NCBI GenBank assembly: GCA_963781605.1
Contig: CAWAGO010000007.1
Coordinates: forward strand, 70,597-134,596
Source: an uncultured Actinomycetota bacterium
Lineage (GTDB): Bacteria; Actinomycetota; Actinomycetes; Propionibacteriales; Nocardioidaceae
Direction of reading: 5' to 3'
DNA: 64,000 nt
The position numbers were made by a program, and so were the translations under genes. Below, piece by piece: positions 40,788-50,675 of the stretch (position 1 is the stretch's first letter; each line of letters begins with the position of its first letter). The notes beneath the pieces were generated by a model. It was given only the letters and a program-made list of their open reading frames with translations, did no database searches and was not told the DNA's origin.

Positions 40788-41532
40788 GTCAAGCACAGTG
40801 TGGCACGCGAAAAAGCCATCACCCTCATCTTGCCGATGGGCTGACCACAGGACTCGCAGATTCCATAGGTCCCGTTCGCGATCCGCTCGAGGGCACGATC
40901 GATCTGGGCAATGGTCTCGCGCTCGTTGTTCACCACGACGAGCTCTTGGTCGCGCTCGAAACTGGTGGCTCCGAGATCGGCCTGATCGTGCCCGGCCCCA
41001 TCGCCCGCGTCGCGCATCAACCCCGCGAGGTCACGTTCTTGATCGCGAAGCAGCCCGAGAGCTCGTTCACGGTGGTCGTGGAGTTCAGCGACGACCTCGT
41101 CCAGTTCCGCTTTGGACCACTGGGATTCACCCTTCTTGACCGCGAGTCCGGCGGCCACCGATCGGGTGCTGGCTGTCTTCTTGGCAGTCCTCTTGGCTGG
41201 GGCTGCCTTCTTGGCAGTCCTCTTGGCTGGTGCTGCCTTCTTGGCTGGTGCTGCCTTCTTGGCTGGTGCCGCCTTCTTGGCTGGTGCTGCCTTCTTGGCT
41301 GCCTTCTTGACCGGGGCCGCCTTCTTGACCGGGGCCGCCTTCTTGGCCGGGGCCGCCGTCTTGGCGGGGCTGCCTTCTTGGCGTCTTCTTGCCGGGCTGC
41401 CTTCTTGGCCGCCTTCTTCGCTGGTGCCGCCTCCTTCGTCGGGGCTGCTCGACCTCTGCTCGCGCGCGCCACCACCTTCTTGGCAGCCGCCGCAGCAGAG
41501 CCGGCCAATGATCGTGTCGCCGAACGTGGCAT
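40760..41532 (-). CDS. TraR/DksA C4 zinc-finger protein with a long Lys/Ala/Pro-rich N-terminal repeat; frameshift near 41365
   Basis: DQADLGAT coiled-coil tip, CESC...CLTC; the SD-led start MPRSATRS at 41532 is in a different frame from the C-terminal part, and the frames join inside the AAPAKK repeats. Confidence 0.85.
41165..41420 (-). repeat. Coding tandem repeats, 18-nt units (AAPAKK) and 30-nt units ([10 protein letters not shown])
   Basis: Repeated GGCTGGTGCTGCCTTCTT-like units on the + strand. Confidence 0.9.
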
Positions 41533-41649
41533 GTGGTCTCCAGCCTCCTCGAGAAGACATAAGCAGGGTCTCCCCCGCGATTGCCGCCGAAGACTATCGG
41601 GTGGGGACACCGCCCTCAACGACGCCACCCCCCAACTGCTCACAAATCT

Positions 41650-41685
41650 AGATCGGGCCGCACCCCAAGGGGTGCGGCCCGATCT
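41650..41685 (-). terminator. Perfect 17-bp hairpin downstream of divIVA
   Basis: AGATCGGGCCGCACCCC-AA-GGGGTGCGGCCCGATCT, 13 nt after the divIVA stop. Confidence 0.8.
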
Positions 41686-41698
41686 CAAAGCCTGTCGG

Positions 41699-42475
41699 TC
41701 AGGCCTGTCGGTCTGCCTCTTCGTCGCCCAGGATGGAGCGCAGCCGCTTGGGGGCTGCACCGTCTCCGGCAACCGGCGGGGCCGACGATTCACTCTCGAC
41801 GTTGGAGTCGAGCGCCTGGAGCTGCTGGCTGAAGTAGCTCTTCAACCGCGAGCGGTATTCGCGCTCGAAGGAGCGCAGCCCCTCCACCTCGGCCTGAAGC
41901 TTGTCGCGCTCGCGCTCGAGGTCACCGAACATCACCTTGCGGCGCTCGGAGGTCTCGGAGTCGAGCATCTGAGCACGAGTGCGGGCATCCGCCTCGAGCT
42001 GATCGGCCTTGCTCTTGGACTCCGAGTCGAGTCGCTCAGCCTTGGTACGGGCTTCGCCGACGATCTTGTCAGCTTCGTCCTTGGCCATCTCGACCACTTC
42101 GTCGGCGTTGCGCGTGGCCAACTCGAGCAGCCTCGCCGCCGCGTTCGACGCTTGGGGCACCGTCTCGACCCGCAACGTCTGCGCGGCCGGCTCGGGAGCT
42201 GCGGCCGCAACCGGGACGGGCGCAGGCGCCGGCTCCGGTGTCGGTGTCGGCGGTGCTGCCTCGACCACCGGCTCAGGCGCGGCTTCGGCCGGAGCCGAGT
42301 CGCCGGACTGGACAGCGGCGAGCTTCGCGCGTAGATCGCTGTTCTCCCGCGTCAGCCGGGCCAGTTCGGCCTCGACCTCGTCGAGGAACTGATCCACCTC
42401 ACCCATGTCGTAGCCCTCGCGGAGCCGGACGGGAGTAAAGCGCTTGTTGCTCACGTCCTCAGGCGTCAGCGCCAT
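41699..42475 (-). CDS. divIVA: DivIVA/Wag31 polar growth protein
   Basis: MALTPEDVSNKRFTPVRLREGYDMGEVDQFLD followed by coiled coils. Confidence 0.95.
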   Translation of the reverse strand: MALTPEDVSNKRFTPVRLREGYDMGEVDQFLDEVEAELARLTRENSDLRAKLAAVQSGDSAPAEAAPEPVVEAAPPTPTPEPAPAPVPVAAAAPEPAAQTLRVETVPQASNAAARLLELATRNADEVVEMAKDEADKIVGEARTKAERLDSESKSKADQLEADARTRAQMLDSETSERRKVMFGDLERERDKLQAEVEGLRSFEREYRSRLKSYFSQQLQALDSNVESESSAPPVAGDGAAPKRLRSILGDEEADRQA

Positions 42476-42663
42476 GACCTCACCCATTCATCTCTTGGTT
42501 CGTTGGTGGTTGCTTGTGTGCTCATGCTAAGTCGCAGGACGGAGTGCCCGGCAACCGCGGTTGGTCGTTCCTGGCGGCGCCAAGAACTGCTGCGACCATA
42601 CTCTCATGTTGTTGTGAGAGTTGTGCAACCGAGCACTCAGCCAAGAAACGCGTCTTTCGGGCA

Positions 42664-43179
42664 TCAACTCTGATTGAAAAAGCCCCCCTCGGCGATCCGC
42701 TGCTTGTCCTCGGCGGCCACCGAAACGTTGGGGGGCGACAGCAAGAACACCTTGTTGGTGATCCGTTCGATCGTTCCTCGCGTCGCGAACACCAGGCCCG
42801 CGGCGAAGTCGACCAGCCGCTTGGCGTCGGAGTCATCCATGTCGGAGAGATTCATGATCACCGGCGTGCCGTCACGGAAGTTCTCACCCACGGTGCGCGC
42901 TTCGTTGTACGTGCGCGGCTGCAGCGTCGTGATCCGGGACAACTCAGCCACCGTCGATGTCGCTGTCGCCGTGGCCGTTCCCGACTTGCGACGGTGTTCG
43001 GTCAGGTCCGCGACGGGCGCCGGGCGCGACTCGCGGACTCGTCGGTCCGGGTTGCGTCGCACCGGCTGGGTCGCGACGTCGCGCCCCTCGGTGTCGAACT
43101 CATCGTCGTAGTCGTCATACCGGCCGGTGTCCTCGAGCAGGCCGAGGTATTCGCCGATCTTGCGCATCGCGCTGCTCAT
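42664..43179 (-). CDS. sepF: Cell division protein SepF
   Basis: [36 protein letters not shown]. Confidence 0.96.
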   Translation of the reverse strand: MSSAMRKIGEYLGLLEDTGRYDDYDDEFDTEGRDVATQPVRRNPDRRVRESRPAPVADLTEHRRKSGTATATATSTVAELSRITTLQPRTYNEARTVGENFRDGTPVIMNLSDMDDSDAKRLVDFAAGLVFATRGTIERITNKVFLLSPPNVSVAAEDKQRIAEGGFFNQS

Positions 43180-43243
43180 GACTGTCGTCCTCCGGAGGTC
43201 TCGCGTTCGGCCTGATGCTGCGGTAGCCGTCGTCTTGGTGACA

Positions 43244-43942
43244 TTACAGGTTCACGGGCCTCGGACCGAGGACCGCGGAGCCGACGCGCACGTGTGTCGC
43301 GCCGGCCACGATTGCTGCGTCGAGATCGCCACTCATCCCGGCCGACAACCAGCTCGCGTCGGGGTGGGTGGCCAGAAACCCGAGACGGATCTCGGCAAGC
43401 CGTTCGAAGGCGCTCGCGGGTGCCTCATCGGGTGGAGCCACCGCCATCAGTCCCCGCAGCGCGAGTCCGGGCGCTGCCTTCACCTGATCGCCGAGCGCAC
43501 CGAGTTCATCAGGCGCTGCACCCGCCCGGCCGGTGCTGCCCGGCGGGTCGAGGCTCACCTGAAGGAAGCAGTCGATCGTGTGGTCGCGATCCAGGGCGCC
43601 TCGACTGAGCCCAGCGATCAGCTTGGGACGATCGACCGAGTGGACCACATCGGCATAGCCGGCCACCGCTGCCGCCTTGTTGCTCTGCAAGCCGCCGATG
43701 AAGTGCCAGGTGAGGGGCAGATCGGCACAAGTCGCGACCTTCTCCTGAGCCTCTTGATGGCGGTTCTCGCCGACGTCGGTGACGCCCAGGTCGGCGAGGA
43801 TTCGGAGGTCGGTGATCGGGAAGAACTTGGTTACCACGATCAGCGTGACCGACGCGGGGTCGCGTCCGATCCGATCGCTCGCGACGTTGATGCGGTGGCG
43901 CACGGCCGCCAGGCGGGCTTGGATATCGGTCGCGCGACTCAT
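43244..43942 (-). CDS. yggS: YggS/PLPBP pyridoxal-phosphate homeostasis protein
   Basis: [42 protein letters not shown]. Confidence 0.96.
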   Translation of the reverse strand: MSRATDIQARLAAVRHRINVASDRIGRDPASVTLIVVTKFFPITDLRILADLGVTDVGENRHQEAQEKVATCADLPLTWHFIGGLQSNKAAAVAGYADVVHSVDRPKLIAGLSRGALDRDHTIDCFLQVSLDPPGSTGRAGAAPDELGALGDQVKAAPGLALRGLMAVAPPDEAPASAFERLAEIRLGFLATHPDASWLSAGMSGDLDAAIVAGATHVRVGSAVLGPRPVNL

Positions 43943-44643
43943 GTCCGCCACACCACCCCAGCCTGCCGTCCCGCCAGCTCTCGATCGCGACGGTGGGAGT
44001 GCCAGCGAGGGTCTTCGCGCGTGCAACCGCCCACCGTGCGGACCTCGCAGTCGGTCGCTGCCAACTGCGCACGGACCCCCGCGCCAAGGTCGAGTGACGG
44101 AGTGCCCCACGAGGTCTCGGCAGAGGCCTCGGGAACCGCGGTGGCGACGGCTTCGCGCATCGCCTCCGGGACTTCGTAGCAAGCGCCACAAACCGAGGGC
44201 CCGATCCATGCGGTGAGCCGACCGGCCCCCCGACCGCGCAGCGCCACGACGGTCTCCGGAACTACCCCGGCGGCGACGCCGGCCCGGCCGGCGTGGACAG
44301 CAGCGATCAGGCCCGCGTCGGCATCGGCGATCAGCACCGGCACGCAGTCGGCGGCCCGCGTCAGGAGCGCGCGACCGCGCTGCGCGGTGATCAGAGCGTC
44401 GACGCGAGGGTTCCACGTCGCCGACCGCCACTCCTCGACGACCTGTACGTCCGCCCCGTGCACCTGGTGCATGATCAGCGGCTCGGCACCGCTGGCGTCG
44501 GCGATGGCGCGCAACGCCGCGGACCGCTCGCGTTCGGGCGCTCGATCGCCGAGATCGTGGCGTCGGTCGGTGAACGCCACCTGGACGGCACCGGCGGCGC
44601 CGTCCAGGTGATCGGTGTAAGCGAAGATCGACGAGTCGGTCAC
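43939..44643 (-). CDS. pgeF: PgeF/YfiH peptidoglycan editing factor (laccase-like fold)
   Basis: [28 protein letters not shown]; GTGA overlap with the ftsZ stop. Confidence 0.93.
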   Translation of the reverse strand: MTDSSIFAYTDHLDGAAGAVQVAFTDRRHDLGDRAPERERSAALRAIADASGAEPLIMHQVHGADVQVVEEWRSATWNPRVDALITAQRGRALLTRAADCVPVLIADADAGLIAAVHAGRAGVAAGVVPETVVALRGRGAGRLTAWIGPSVCGACYEVPEAMREAVATAVPEASAETSWGTPSLDLGAGVRAQLAATDCEVRTVGGCTREDPRWHSHRRDRELAGRQAGVVWRT

Positions 44644-45878
44644 TTCAAGAAGTCGGGGACGTCCAGGTCGTCGTCGTCGAGGTCCTTGGGCGTGAAGGTC
44701 ACCGCGCCGGCCGAGGGCCGGGGCGCGGATTCGGCCGACTCGCGCGCACCCACGGTGACGGGCTGCTTCGCCGGCTGGTCAGACCCTGCGGAAGCGGAAC
44801 CGACCGAGGAGGCCGAGTTCTCTTCGGTGCGCGCCTTGGGTGTAAGCGACGCGGCGGCCGCACGGGTCTCGGCCTGAGACTGGACGGGGGGCTTGCGTCG
44901 AAGCGACGCCCCCTCCTCGCGACGCTTGGGCTGGCCACCATCGAACCCGGCCGCGATCACGGTGACCCGGACCTCGTCGCCGAGTGCGTCGTCGATCGTG
45001 GCGCCGAAGATGATGTTGGCATCGGGATGCGCCGAGTCGGACACCAGTGCCGCAGCCTCGTTGATCTCGAATAGGCCCAGGTCGGAACCGCCGGCGATCG
45101 ACAACAAGACACCGTAGGCGCCGTCGATCGACGCCTCGAGGAGTGGGCTCGACACAGCCATCTCGGCCGCCGCGACGGCACGGTCCTCCCCGCGCGCCGA
45201 GCCGATCCCCATGAGCGCGGATCCGGCATTGGCCATGACCGACTTGACGTCAGCGAAGTCGAGGTTGATCAAGCCCGGCGTGGTGATCAGGTCGGTGATC
45301 CCGGAGACACCTTGCAGCAGCACTTGGTCGGCCTGCTTGAACGCGTCGAGCACCGACACGTTGCGGTCACTGATCGACAGCAGTCGGTCGTTGGGGATCA
45401 CGATCAGGGTGTCGACCTCTTCACGGAGACCCGCGATGCCCTCTTCGGCGGCGGTGGCCCGACGGCGCCCCTCGAAGGCGAACGGCCGCGTCACGACGCC
45501 GATCGTGAGCGCGCCGAGTGACCGGGCGATGCGGGCGACGACCGGCGCACCACCGGTTCCGGTGCCACCGCCCTCGCCTGCCGTCACGAACACCATGTCG
45601 GCGCCCTTGATGACCTCTTCGATCTCGTCGGCGTGGTCCTCCGCCGCCCGTGAGCCGACGTCGGGGTTGGCCCCGGCGCCCAGCCCGCGGGTGAGTTCGC
45701 GGCCGATGTCCAGTTTGACGTCGGCATCGCTCATCAACAGCGCTTGCGCGTCCGTGTTGATGGCGATGAACTCGACGCCCTTGAGGCCGACCTCGATCAT
45801 TCGGTTGACCGCGTTGACGCCGCCACCGCCGATGCCGACGACCTTGATGATGGCCAAGTAGTTCTGCGCTGCTCCCAC
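44640..45878 (-). CDS. ftsZ: Cell division protein FtsZ
   Basis: [20 protein letters not shown] tubulin signature, NLDFAD, C-terminal DVPDFLK. Confidence 0.99.
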   Translation of the reverse strand: MGAAQNYLAIIKVVGIGGGGVNAVNRMIEVGLKGVEFIAINTDAQALLMSDADVKLDIGRELTRGLGAGANPDVGSRAAEDHADEIEEVIKGADMVFVTAGEGGGTGTGGAPVVARIARSLGALTIGVVTRPFAFEGRRRATAAEEGIAGLREEVDTLIVIPNDRLLSISDRNVSVLDAFKQADQVLLQGVSGITDLITTPGLINLDFADVKSVMANAGSALMGIGSARGEDRAVAAAEMAVSSPLLEASIDGAYGVLLSIAGGSDLGLFEINEAAALVSDSAHPDANIIFGATIDDALGDEVRVTVIAAGFDGGQPKRREEGASLRRKPPVQSQAETRAAAASLTPKARTEENSASSVGSASAGSDQPAKQPVTVGARESAESAPRPSAGAVTFTPKDLDDDDLDVPDFLK

Positions 45879-45905
45879 GCCGACGCGCCTTCCGCTCGTG
45901 ATCGA

Positions 45906-45943
45906 AACTCTAACCGTGAACCTGAGGGTTATAGTTATGTCAA
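45906..45943 (-). promoter_or_regulatory. ftsZ upstream element: TTGACA plus a 10-bp imperfect inverted repeat
   Basis: AACTCTAACC-N11-GGTTATAGTT (45906-45936, 1 mismatch); minus-strand TTGACA at 45943-45938. Confidence 0.55.
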
Positions 45944-46037
45944 CCTCAAGATGACTGGAACAGTAGGAACTACACGGTTGTAAGACAAGCCAACACGCCG
46001 CGGTCGCCCCAACGAAACGCTTCGCCGACGTGGTCGG

Positions 46038-46859
46038 TCAGCGGCGTTGGGCGAGGGTGGGTTGGCCGGGCGCCGAAACGTCGATGATCTTGTCTGGGGA
46101 GGCAAGCTCCTTGCTGGCCAGCAGCGCCGACACCACCTGAGCCTTCTCGGCCGAGGCGTCGGCGCTCCCCCACTTGACCGTGTGCCCACTGCGCAGGTCA
46201 ACGGTGATCTGGTCGACCGTCTCCACCTCGACATGGTCGACCAGAGCGGCCAAATCGACCGGCATCGCTGCCACGACCGCGGCCGCCTCACTCAACGCCG
46301 CGGTTCCGATTCCAGGCGCGGTCTCGATCCTGGGCAGCTGTGGCGGCGCCTTCCGGTAGGTGCGGAAGAGCACCCCGGAGGCGTCGATGCCACGGAGTCC
46401 ACCTGAGGTGCCGACCACCGCGACCGCCGTCCGCTCGACCACCGCTACCCGGACGGTGTCGGGCCACTCGCGAGTGAGGGTCACCGAACGGATCGGGGCC
46501 AGAGCGGCGATCCTGGCGCGCGCGGCGTCGAGGTCGAGCGTGGCCAACGGCTCGTTCTGGGGCAGCGCCGCCGTCGTGCGCACCTCACCCTGAGACAGCA
46601 GCGACGCCCCCGAGACGGTGACCGTGTGCAAGCGGAGATAGCTGCTCGCGAACACCAGCCACCCGCTGCCAACGATGAGCCCGATCAGGACAACGGCGGT
46701 CAACAGGTAGCGCCACCTGATCCACCGACGGCGCCATTGGCGGCGGGCGAAGCGCCGACGAGTGCGCCGCGCCGCCGGGTCGTCGCTGGTGAGCGCGGGG
46801 TCCGGCCCGTGACCCGGAACCTCCGGGGACCGGCGTGGTAGCGCCAGACGGTCAGGCAT
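46038..46859 (-). CDS. ftsQ: Cell division protein FtsQ/DivIB
   Basis: Basic N-terminus, TM helix, POTRA domain, REWPDTVRVAVVER; lies between murC and ftsZ. Confidence 0.92.
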   Translation of the reverse strand: MPDRLALPRRSPEVPGHGPDPALTSDDPAARRTRRRFARRQWRRRWIRWRYLLTAVVLIGLIVGSGWLVFASSYLRLHTVTVSGASLLSQGEVRTTAALPQNEPLATLDLDAARARIAALAPIRSVTLTREWPDTVRVAVVERTAVAVVGTSGGLRGIDASGVLFRTYRKAPPQLPRIETAPGIGTAALSEAAAVVAAMPVDLAALVDHVEVETVDQITVDLRSGHTVKWGSADASAEKAQVVSALLASKELASPDKIIDVSAPGQPTLAQRR

Positions 46860-48273
46860 CGTCAGGCTCCTGCAGCCGCGCCAAGAGGTCGGGGCCGACC
46901 GTGGTGATCGTGCCGGCCCCGAGTGTCAGCACGAGGTCTCCCCGGCGGACGATCTCGGCCAAGCGGGCCGGGGCCTCATCGAGACGAGGAACGTAGCTCA
47001 CCTGAGTGCGCCCGCGCGGCACCGCGTCGGCCACCAGCGCCCCTGTGATGGCCGGGTCCGGCTCCTCGCGGGCGAGATAGACATCGACCACGACCACCTC
47101 GTCCGCGGCGCCCAGCGCCTCACCCATGGCCGAGCCGAAGATACGAGTGCGCGACACCAAGTGCGGCTGGAAGGCGGCGACCAGGCGCCCCTTCCCCGCG
47201 ATGCCGCGGGCCGCCTCGAGGTCCCCGGCGATCTCGCGCGGATGGTGGGCGTAGCTGTCGAAGACGCGCACGCCCGCGGCTTCGCCTTTGAACTCCATCC
47301 GTCGCCCGGAACCGGCGAAGGCGGCGAGACCCTTGGCGAGCGCCTCGAACTCGAAGCCGAGCTCCAGGCCCATGCCAAGGGCGGCGACCGCGTCGAGGGC
47401 GTAGTGGCGGCCCGGGATGGCCAGTCGAACCTGACCGAGCAGCCGCTCACCCGCTGCCACGGTGAATCTGGATCCGCTGCCTTCGAAGGTGAGGTCGACG
47501 ATGCGCAGGTCGGCCGTGGCACTCTCCCCCACCGAGATCACCCGTCGTCCGCTGGCGCGGGCGATCTCGGCGAGCTGCGCCGCCCCGGGGTCGTCGATAC
47601 AGATGACCAAGAAGCCGGAGCGGTCCAGCGTCTCGACGAAGTCCTCGAACGCCGCGCGGTACGCGGCCTCGGTCCCCCAGATATCGAGGTGGTCGGCCTC
47701 AACGTTGGTGATGATGGCTGCGAAAGGTCGGTAGACCAGGAATGCCCCGTCGCTCTCGTCCGCCTCGGCGACGAACAGGTCACCGCCACCCGCGTCGGCA
47801 TTGCGACCCGTGGCCGAGAGGACCCCTCCGACGGCATAGGTCGGGTCCGCGCCGCAGGAGCGCAGGGCGACGGTGAGCAGGCCGGTCGTGGTGGTCTTGC
47901 CGTGCGTTCCAGCGATGGCAAGGACCCGATCACCGTGCATCACGGCGGCCAGACCCGCCGATCTGGGCAGCACCCGCAACCCGCGGCGCACGGCCTCGGC
48001 CACCTCGGGGTTGTCCTCACGGGCGGCGGTGGTGACCACCACCGTGTCGGCCTCTCCGACGTGATCGGCGGCATAGCCCAGGTGACAGGTGACCCCCAGT
48101 TCACGCAGCTGCGGCAGGAACGGGGTGTCGTTGTCGTCGCTCCCGGTGACCGTCATCCCGCGCATCGCCATGATCCGGGCGATCGCGGACAGCCCGGCTC
48201 CACCGATTCCGATGAAGTGCACCCGCCCGAGTTCCTCGGCCGTGGGCAGCGGGTGTGGCACGGGAACCCTCAT
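46852..48273 (-). CDS. murC: UDP-N-acetylmuramate--L-alanine ligase
   Basis: FIGIGGAGLS, GTHGKTTT, EADESD, DHLD, AAFQPHL. Confidence 0.97.
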   Translation of the reverse strand: MRVPVPHPLPTAEELGRVHFIGIGGAGLSAIARIMAMRGMTVTGSDDNDTPFLPQLRELGVTCHLGYAADHVGEADTVVVTTAAREDNPEVAEAVRRGLRVLPRSAGLAAVMHGDRVLAIAGTHGKTTTTGLLTVALRSCGADPTYAVGGVLSATGRNADAGGGDLFVAEADESDGAFLVYRPFAAIITNVEADHLDIWGTEAAYRAAFEDFVETLDRSGFLVICIDDPGAAQLAEIARASGRRVISVGESATADLRIVDLTFEGSGSRFTVAAGERLLGQVRLAIPGRHYALDAVAALGMGLELGFEFEALAKGLAAFAGSGRRMEFKGEAAGVRVFDSYAHHPREIAGDLEAARGIAGKGRLVAAFQPHLVSRTRIFGSAMGEALGAADEVVVVDVYLAREEPDPAITGALVADAVPRGRTQVSYVPRLDEAPARLAEIVRRGDLVLTLGAGTITTVGPDLLARLQEPDDA

Positions 48274-49358
48274 CGGACCTGCTCCTGGTAGGTCTCGACG
48301 ATCATGGCCGCGAGCTTGTCGTCGGCATCGAGGGGGATGAGTCCGGCCGCCGAATCACCCATGGCCGAGAGCCGGTCGGCATCGGCGAGCAGGGGGAGCA
48401 AGTGGTCGCGGAGCCAGGCGGTCGTGAGCACGGCGTCCTCGACCAACAGTCCCCCGCCCGCCGCGACCACCGGCGCCGCGTTGCGCCCCTGCTCGCCGTT
48501 GCCGATGGGGAGCGGCACGTAGACCGCGGGCAAGCCCAGGCCGGAGACCTCGGTCACGGTGTTGGAGCCCGCCCGGCACAACACCGCGTCGGCGGCGGCG
48601 TACGCGTAGTCCATGCGATCGACATAGTCGAGAACGACATAGGGCGCTTCGTCGGACCGGGGCGGGTCGGCGACCGGATTCTTGGGCCCGACCACGTGGA
48701 CGACTTGAATTCCCGCGGCGCTCAGGTCGGGAGCGACACCGAGAACGGCGGCATTGATCCGAGCAGCCCCCTGCGATCCGCCGGTCACCAACAACGTCAC
48801 GCGATCGGGATCGAGCCCCAGCGCCTGACGGGCCTCCGCGCGAAGATCAGCCCGGTCGAGGGTGGAGATCATTCGCCGAACGGGCAGCCCGACGTAACGA
48901 GCGTGGGGCAAGGGGGTGTCGGGAAAACTCGTCGCTACCCGCTGGGTCAGCCGGGCACCCAGCTTGTTCGCGATGCCCGGCAGCGCGTTGCCCTCGTGCA
49001 CCACGAGCGGCAGGTGCCGCCGACGCGCGGCGAGGTAGGCGGGCACCGAGACGTAGCCGCCGAATCCGACGACCACATCGGGGCGGACCCGGTCGACGAT
49101 CCTCAGTGCTTCGGTCCGGGCTGCCCAGGCGCGGCTCGGCGTCCGGAAGAGATCGACGCCCACGCGCCGCGGCAGCGGCACCCTCGGCACGATCTCCAGT
49201 GGATAGCCCGCTTCGGGTACCAGACGGGCCTCCAATCCCTGAGTCGTGCCCAGACAGACGATCTCGGTGGCAGGGTCGAGTCGCTGGAGGGCTGAGGCTG
49301 TGGCGAGCAACGGCGAGGTGTGTCCGGCCGTGCCGCCGCCTGCAAGGAGGACGCGCAT
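48270..49358 (-). CDS. murG: Lipid I N-acetylglucosaminyltransferase
   Basis: MRVLLAGGGTAGH, GFGGYVS, HEGN, GGSQGA, GNGEQ. Confidence 0.97.
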   Translation of the reverse strand: MRVLLAGGGTAGHTSPLLATASALQRLDPATEIVCLGTTQGLEARLVPEAGYPLEIVPRVPLPRRVGVDLFRTPSRAWAARTEALRIVDRVRPDVVVGFGGYVSVPAYLAARRRHLPLVVHEGNALPGIANKLGARLTQRVATSFPDTPLPHARYVGLPVRRMISTLDRADLRAEARQALGLDPDRVTLLVTGGSQGAARINAAVLGVAPDLSAAGIQVVHVVGPKNPVADPPRSDEAPYVVLDYVDRMDYAYAAADAVLCRAGSNTVTEVSGLGLPAVYVPLPIGNGEQGRNAAPVVAAGGGLLVEDAVLTTAWLRDHLLPLLADADRLSAMGDSAAGLIPLDADDKLAAMIVETYQEQVR

Positions 49359-49369
49359 CGCAACCGAGC

Positions 49370-50656
49370 CTACGACCTGACGGGCTGACGCCGAGGACGA
49401 CGCCGGACCTGGCGGCGCCCCGTCGCGCCGACTCCCGCCGTGCGGTCGCCGCGTCGGGCCGCCAATGCCGCCGCGGCCGCGGGCTCGCGGCGGGCGAACC
49501 CGATCATCAGGCCGAGCGCGGTCAGCGAAGGCAGCAGCGCCGACCCACCGTAGGAGACCAGCGGGAGCGGGATGCCGATCACCGGAAGCAGTGCCAGCAC
49601 CATGCCGATGTTGATCATCATCTGACCAAGCAACCAGGCCACGATCCCGAAGCTCGCATAGCGAACGAACGGGTCGGTGGCGTGGATGGCGATCCGGATG
49701 CCGGCGTAGGCGATCGTGAGGAACAACCCCACCACCAGCAGGGTGCCGAGCAAACCCAGTTCCTCGCCCAGCACGGCGAAGATGAAGTCGGTGTGTGCCT
49801 CGGGCAGCGTTCCCCACTTCTGTTGGCTGGCCCCGATGCCCTGACCGAACCAGCCTCCGCTGGAGATGCCCAGCAACCCGTGGGCCGATTGCCAGCCGGA
49901 GGAGTGGAAGTCGGCGAACGGATCGGTGAAGCTCAGCAGCCGATCCACCCGCTCCTTGGAGGTCGTGGCCAGATAGAAGGCGCCCACGGAGATCACCGAG
50001 AGCGCGAGCGCGAAAACGCGCAGCGGAGTGCCGACCACCCATAGCAGCGCCAACACGATGGCGAACAACACCAGCGACGTGCCGAGGTCGCCCGTGGCCA
50101 GAATCAGCCCGACGACGACCACCGAGCCGGGAAAGATCACCGGCACCAGCACATGGTGGAGCTGACCGAGTAGCCGGTCCTTCACGGCGTAGACGTGCGC
50201 GGCCCAGACCACGAGCACCAGTTTGGACAACTCGGAGGGCTGAATCGCGACCGGCCCGAGCGAGAGCCAGTTGGCCTGGCCGTTGCGCATGACACCCAGT
50301 CGAACGGTGATCGCGAGCAAAGCGATGGTCGCCACGAGCGCCACCCACGACAGATGGCGGATCAGCCGAATCGGCAGCCGCGAGGCGATCCATGCCGCTG
50401 GGACACCGATCATCACCCAGAGCAACTGTCGCTTGACGACGGCATAGGAGTCGCCGTCGTGGGTGAGGTAGGAGTAGACGCTCGAGGACGACAGGACCAT
50501 GATCAGTCCGATCACGAGCAGCAGGGTGCTGGCGCCGAGCAGCAGGTAGTAGGCCGTCAGCGGGTGCTGCAGCGAGGAGCGCAATCCTCCGAAGACCGCT
50601 GAGAGAGGAGCCCGCTGCTTCGCCGAGTCAGACCGCGGGGGCAGGGTCGCAGTCAT
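49370..50656 (-). CDS. ftsW: SEDS peptidoglycan glycosyltransferase FtsW
   Basis: QPSELSK, LPEAHTDFIFAVLGEELG, LPLVSYGGS. Confidence 0.97.
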   Translation of the reverse strand: MTATLPPRSDSAKQRAPLSAVFGGLRSSLQHPLTAYYLLLGASTLLLVIGLIMVLSSSSVYSYLTHDGDSYAVVKRQLLWVMIGVPAAWIASRLPIRLIRHLSWVALVATIALLAITVRLGVMRNGQANWLSLGPVAIQPSELSKLVLVVWAAHVYAVKDRLLGQLHHVLVPVIFPGSVVVVGLILATGDLGTSLVLFAIVLALLWVVGTPLRVFALALSVISVGAFYLATTSKERVDRLLSFTDPFADFHSSGWQSAHGLLGISSGGWFGQGIGASQQKWGTLPEAHTDFIFAVLGEELGLLGTLLVVGLFLTIAYAGIRIAIHATDPFVRYASFGIVAWLLGQMMINIGMVLALLPVIGIPLPLVSYGGSALLPSLTALGLMIGFARREPAAAAALAARRGDRTAGVGATGRRQVRRRPRRQPVRS

Positions 50657-50675
50657 CGTCTGCTCCCCTCCCAGG

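Noticed and set aside
41165-41420. Tandem repeats considered as a CRISPR or non-coding array
   Set aside because: Units are multiples of 3 encoding AAPAKK, there are no unique spacers and there are no cas genes in the window
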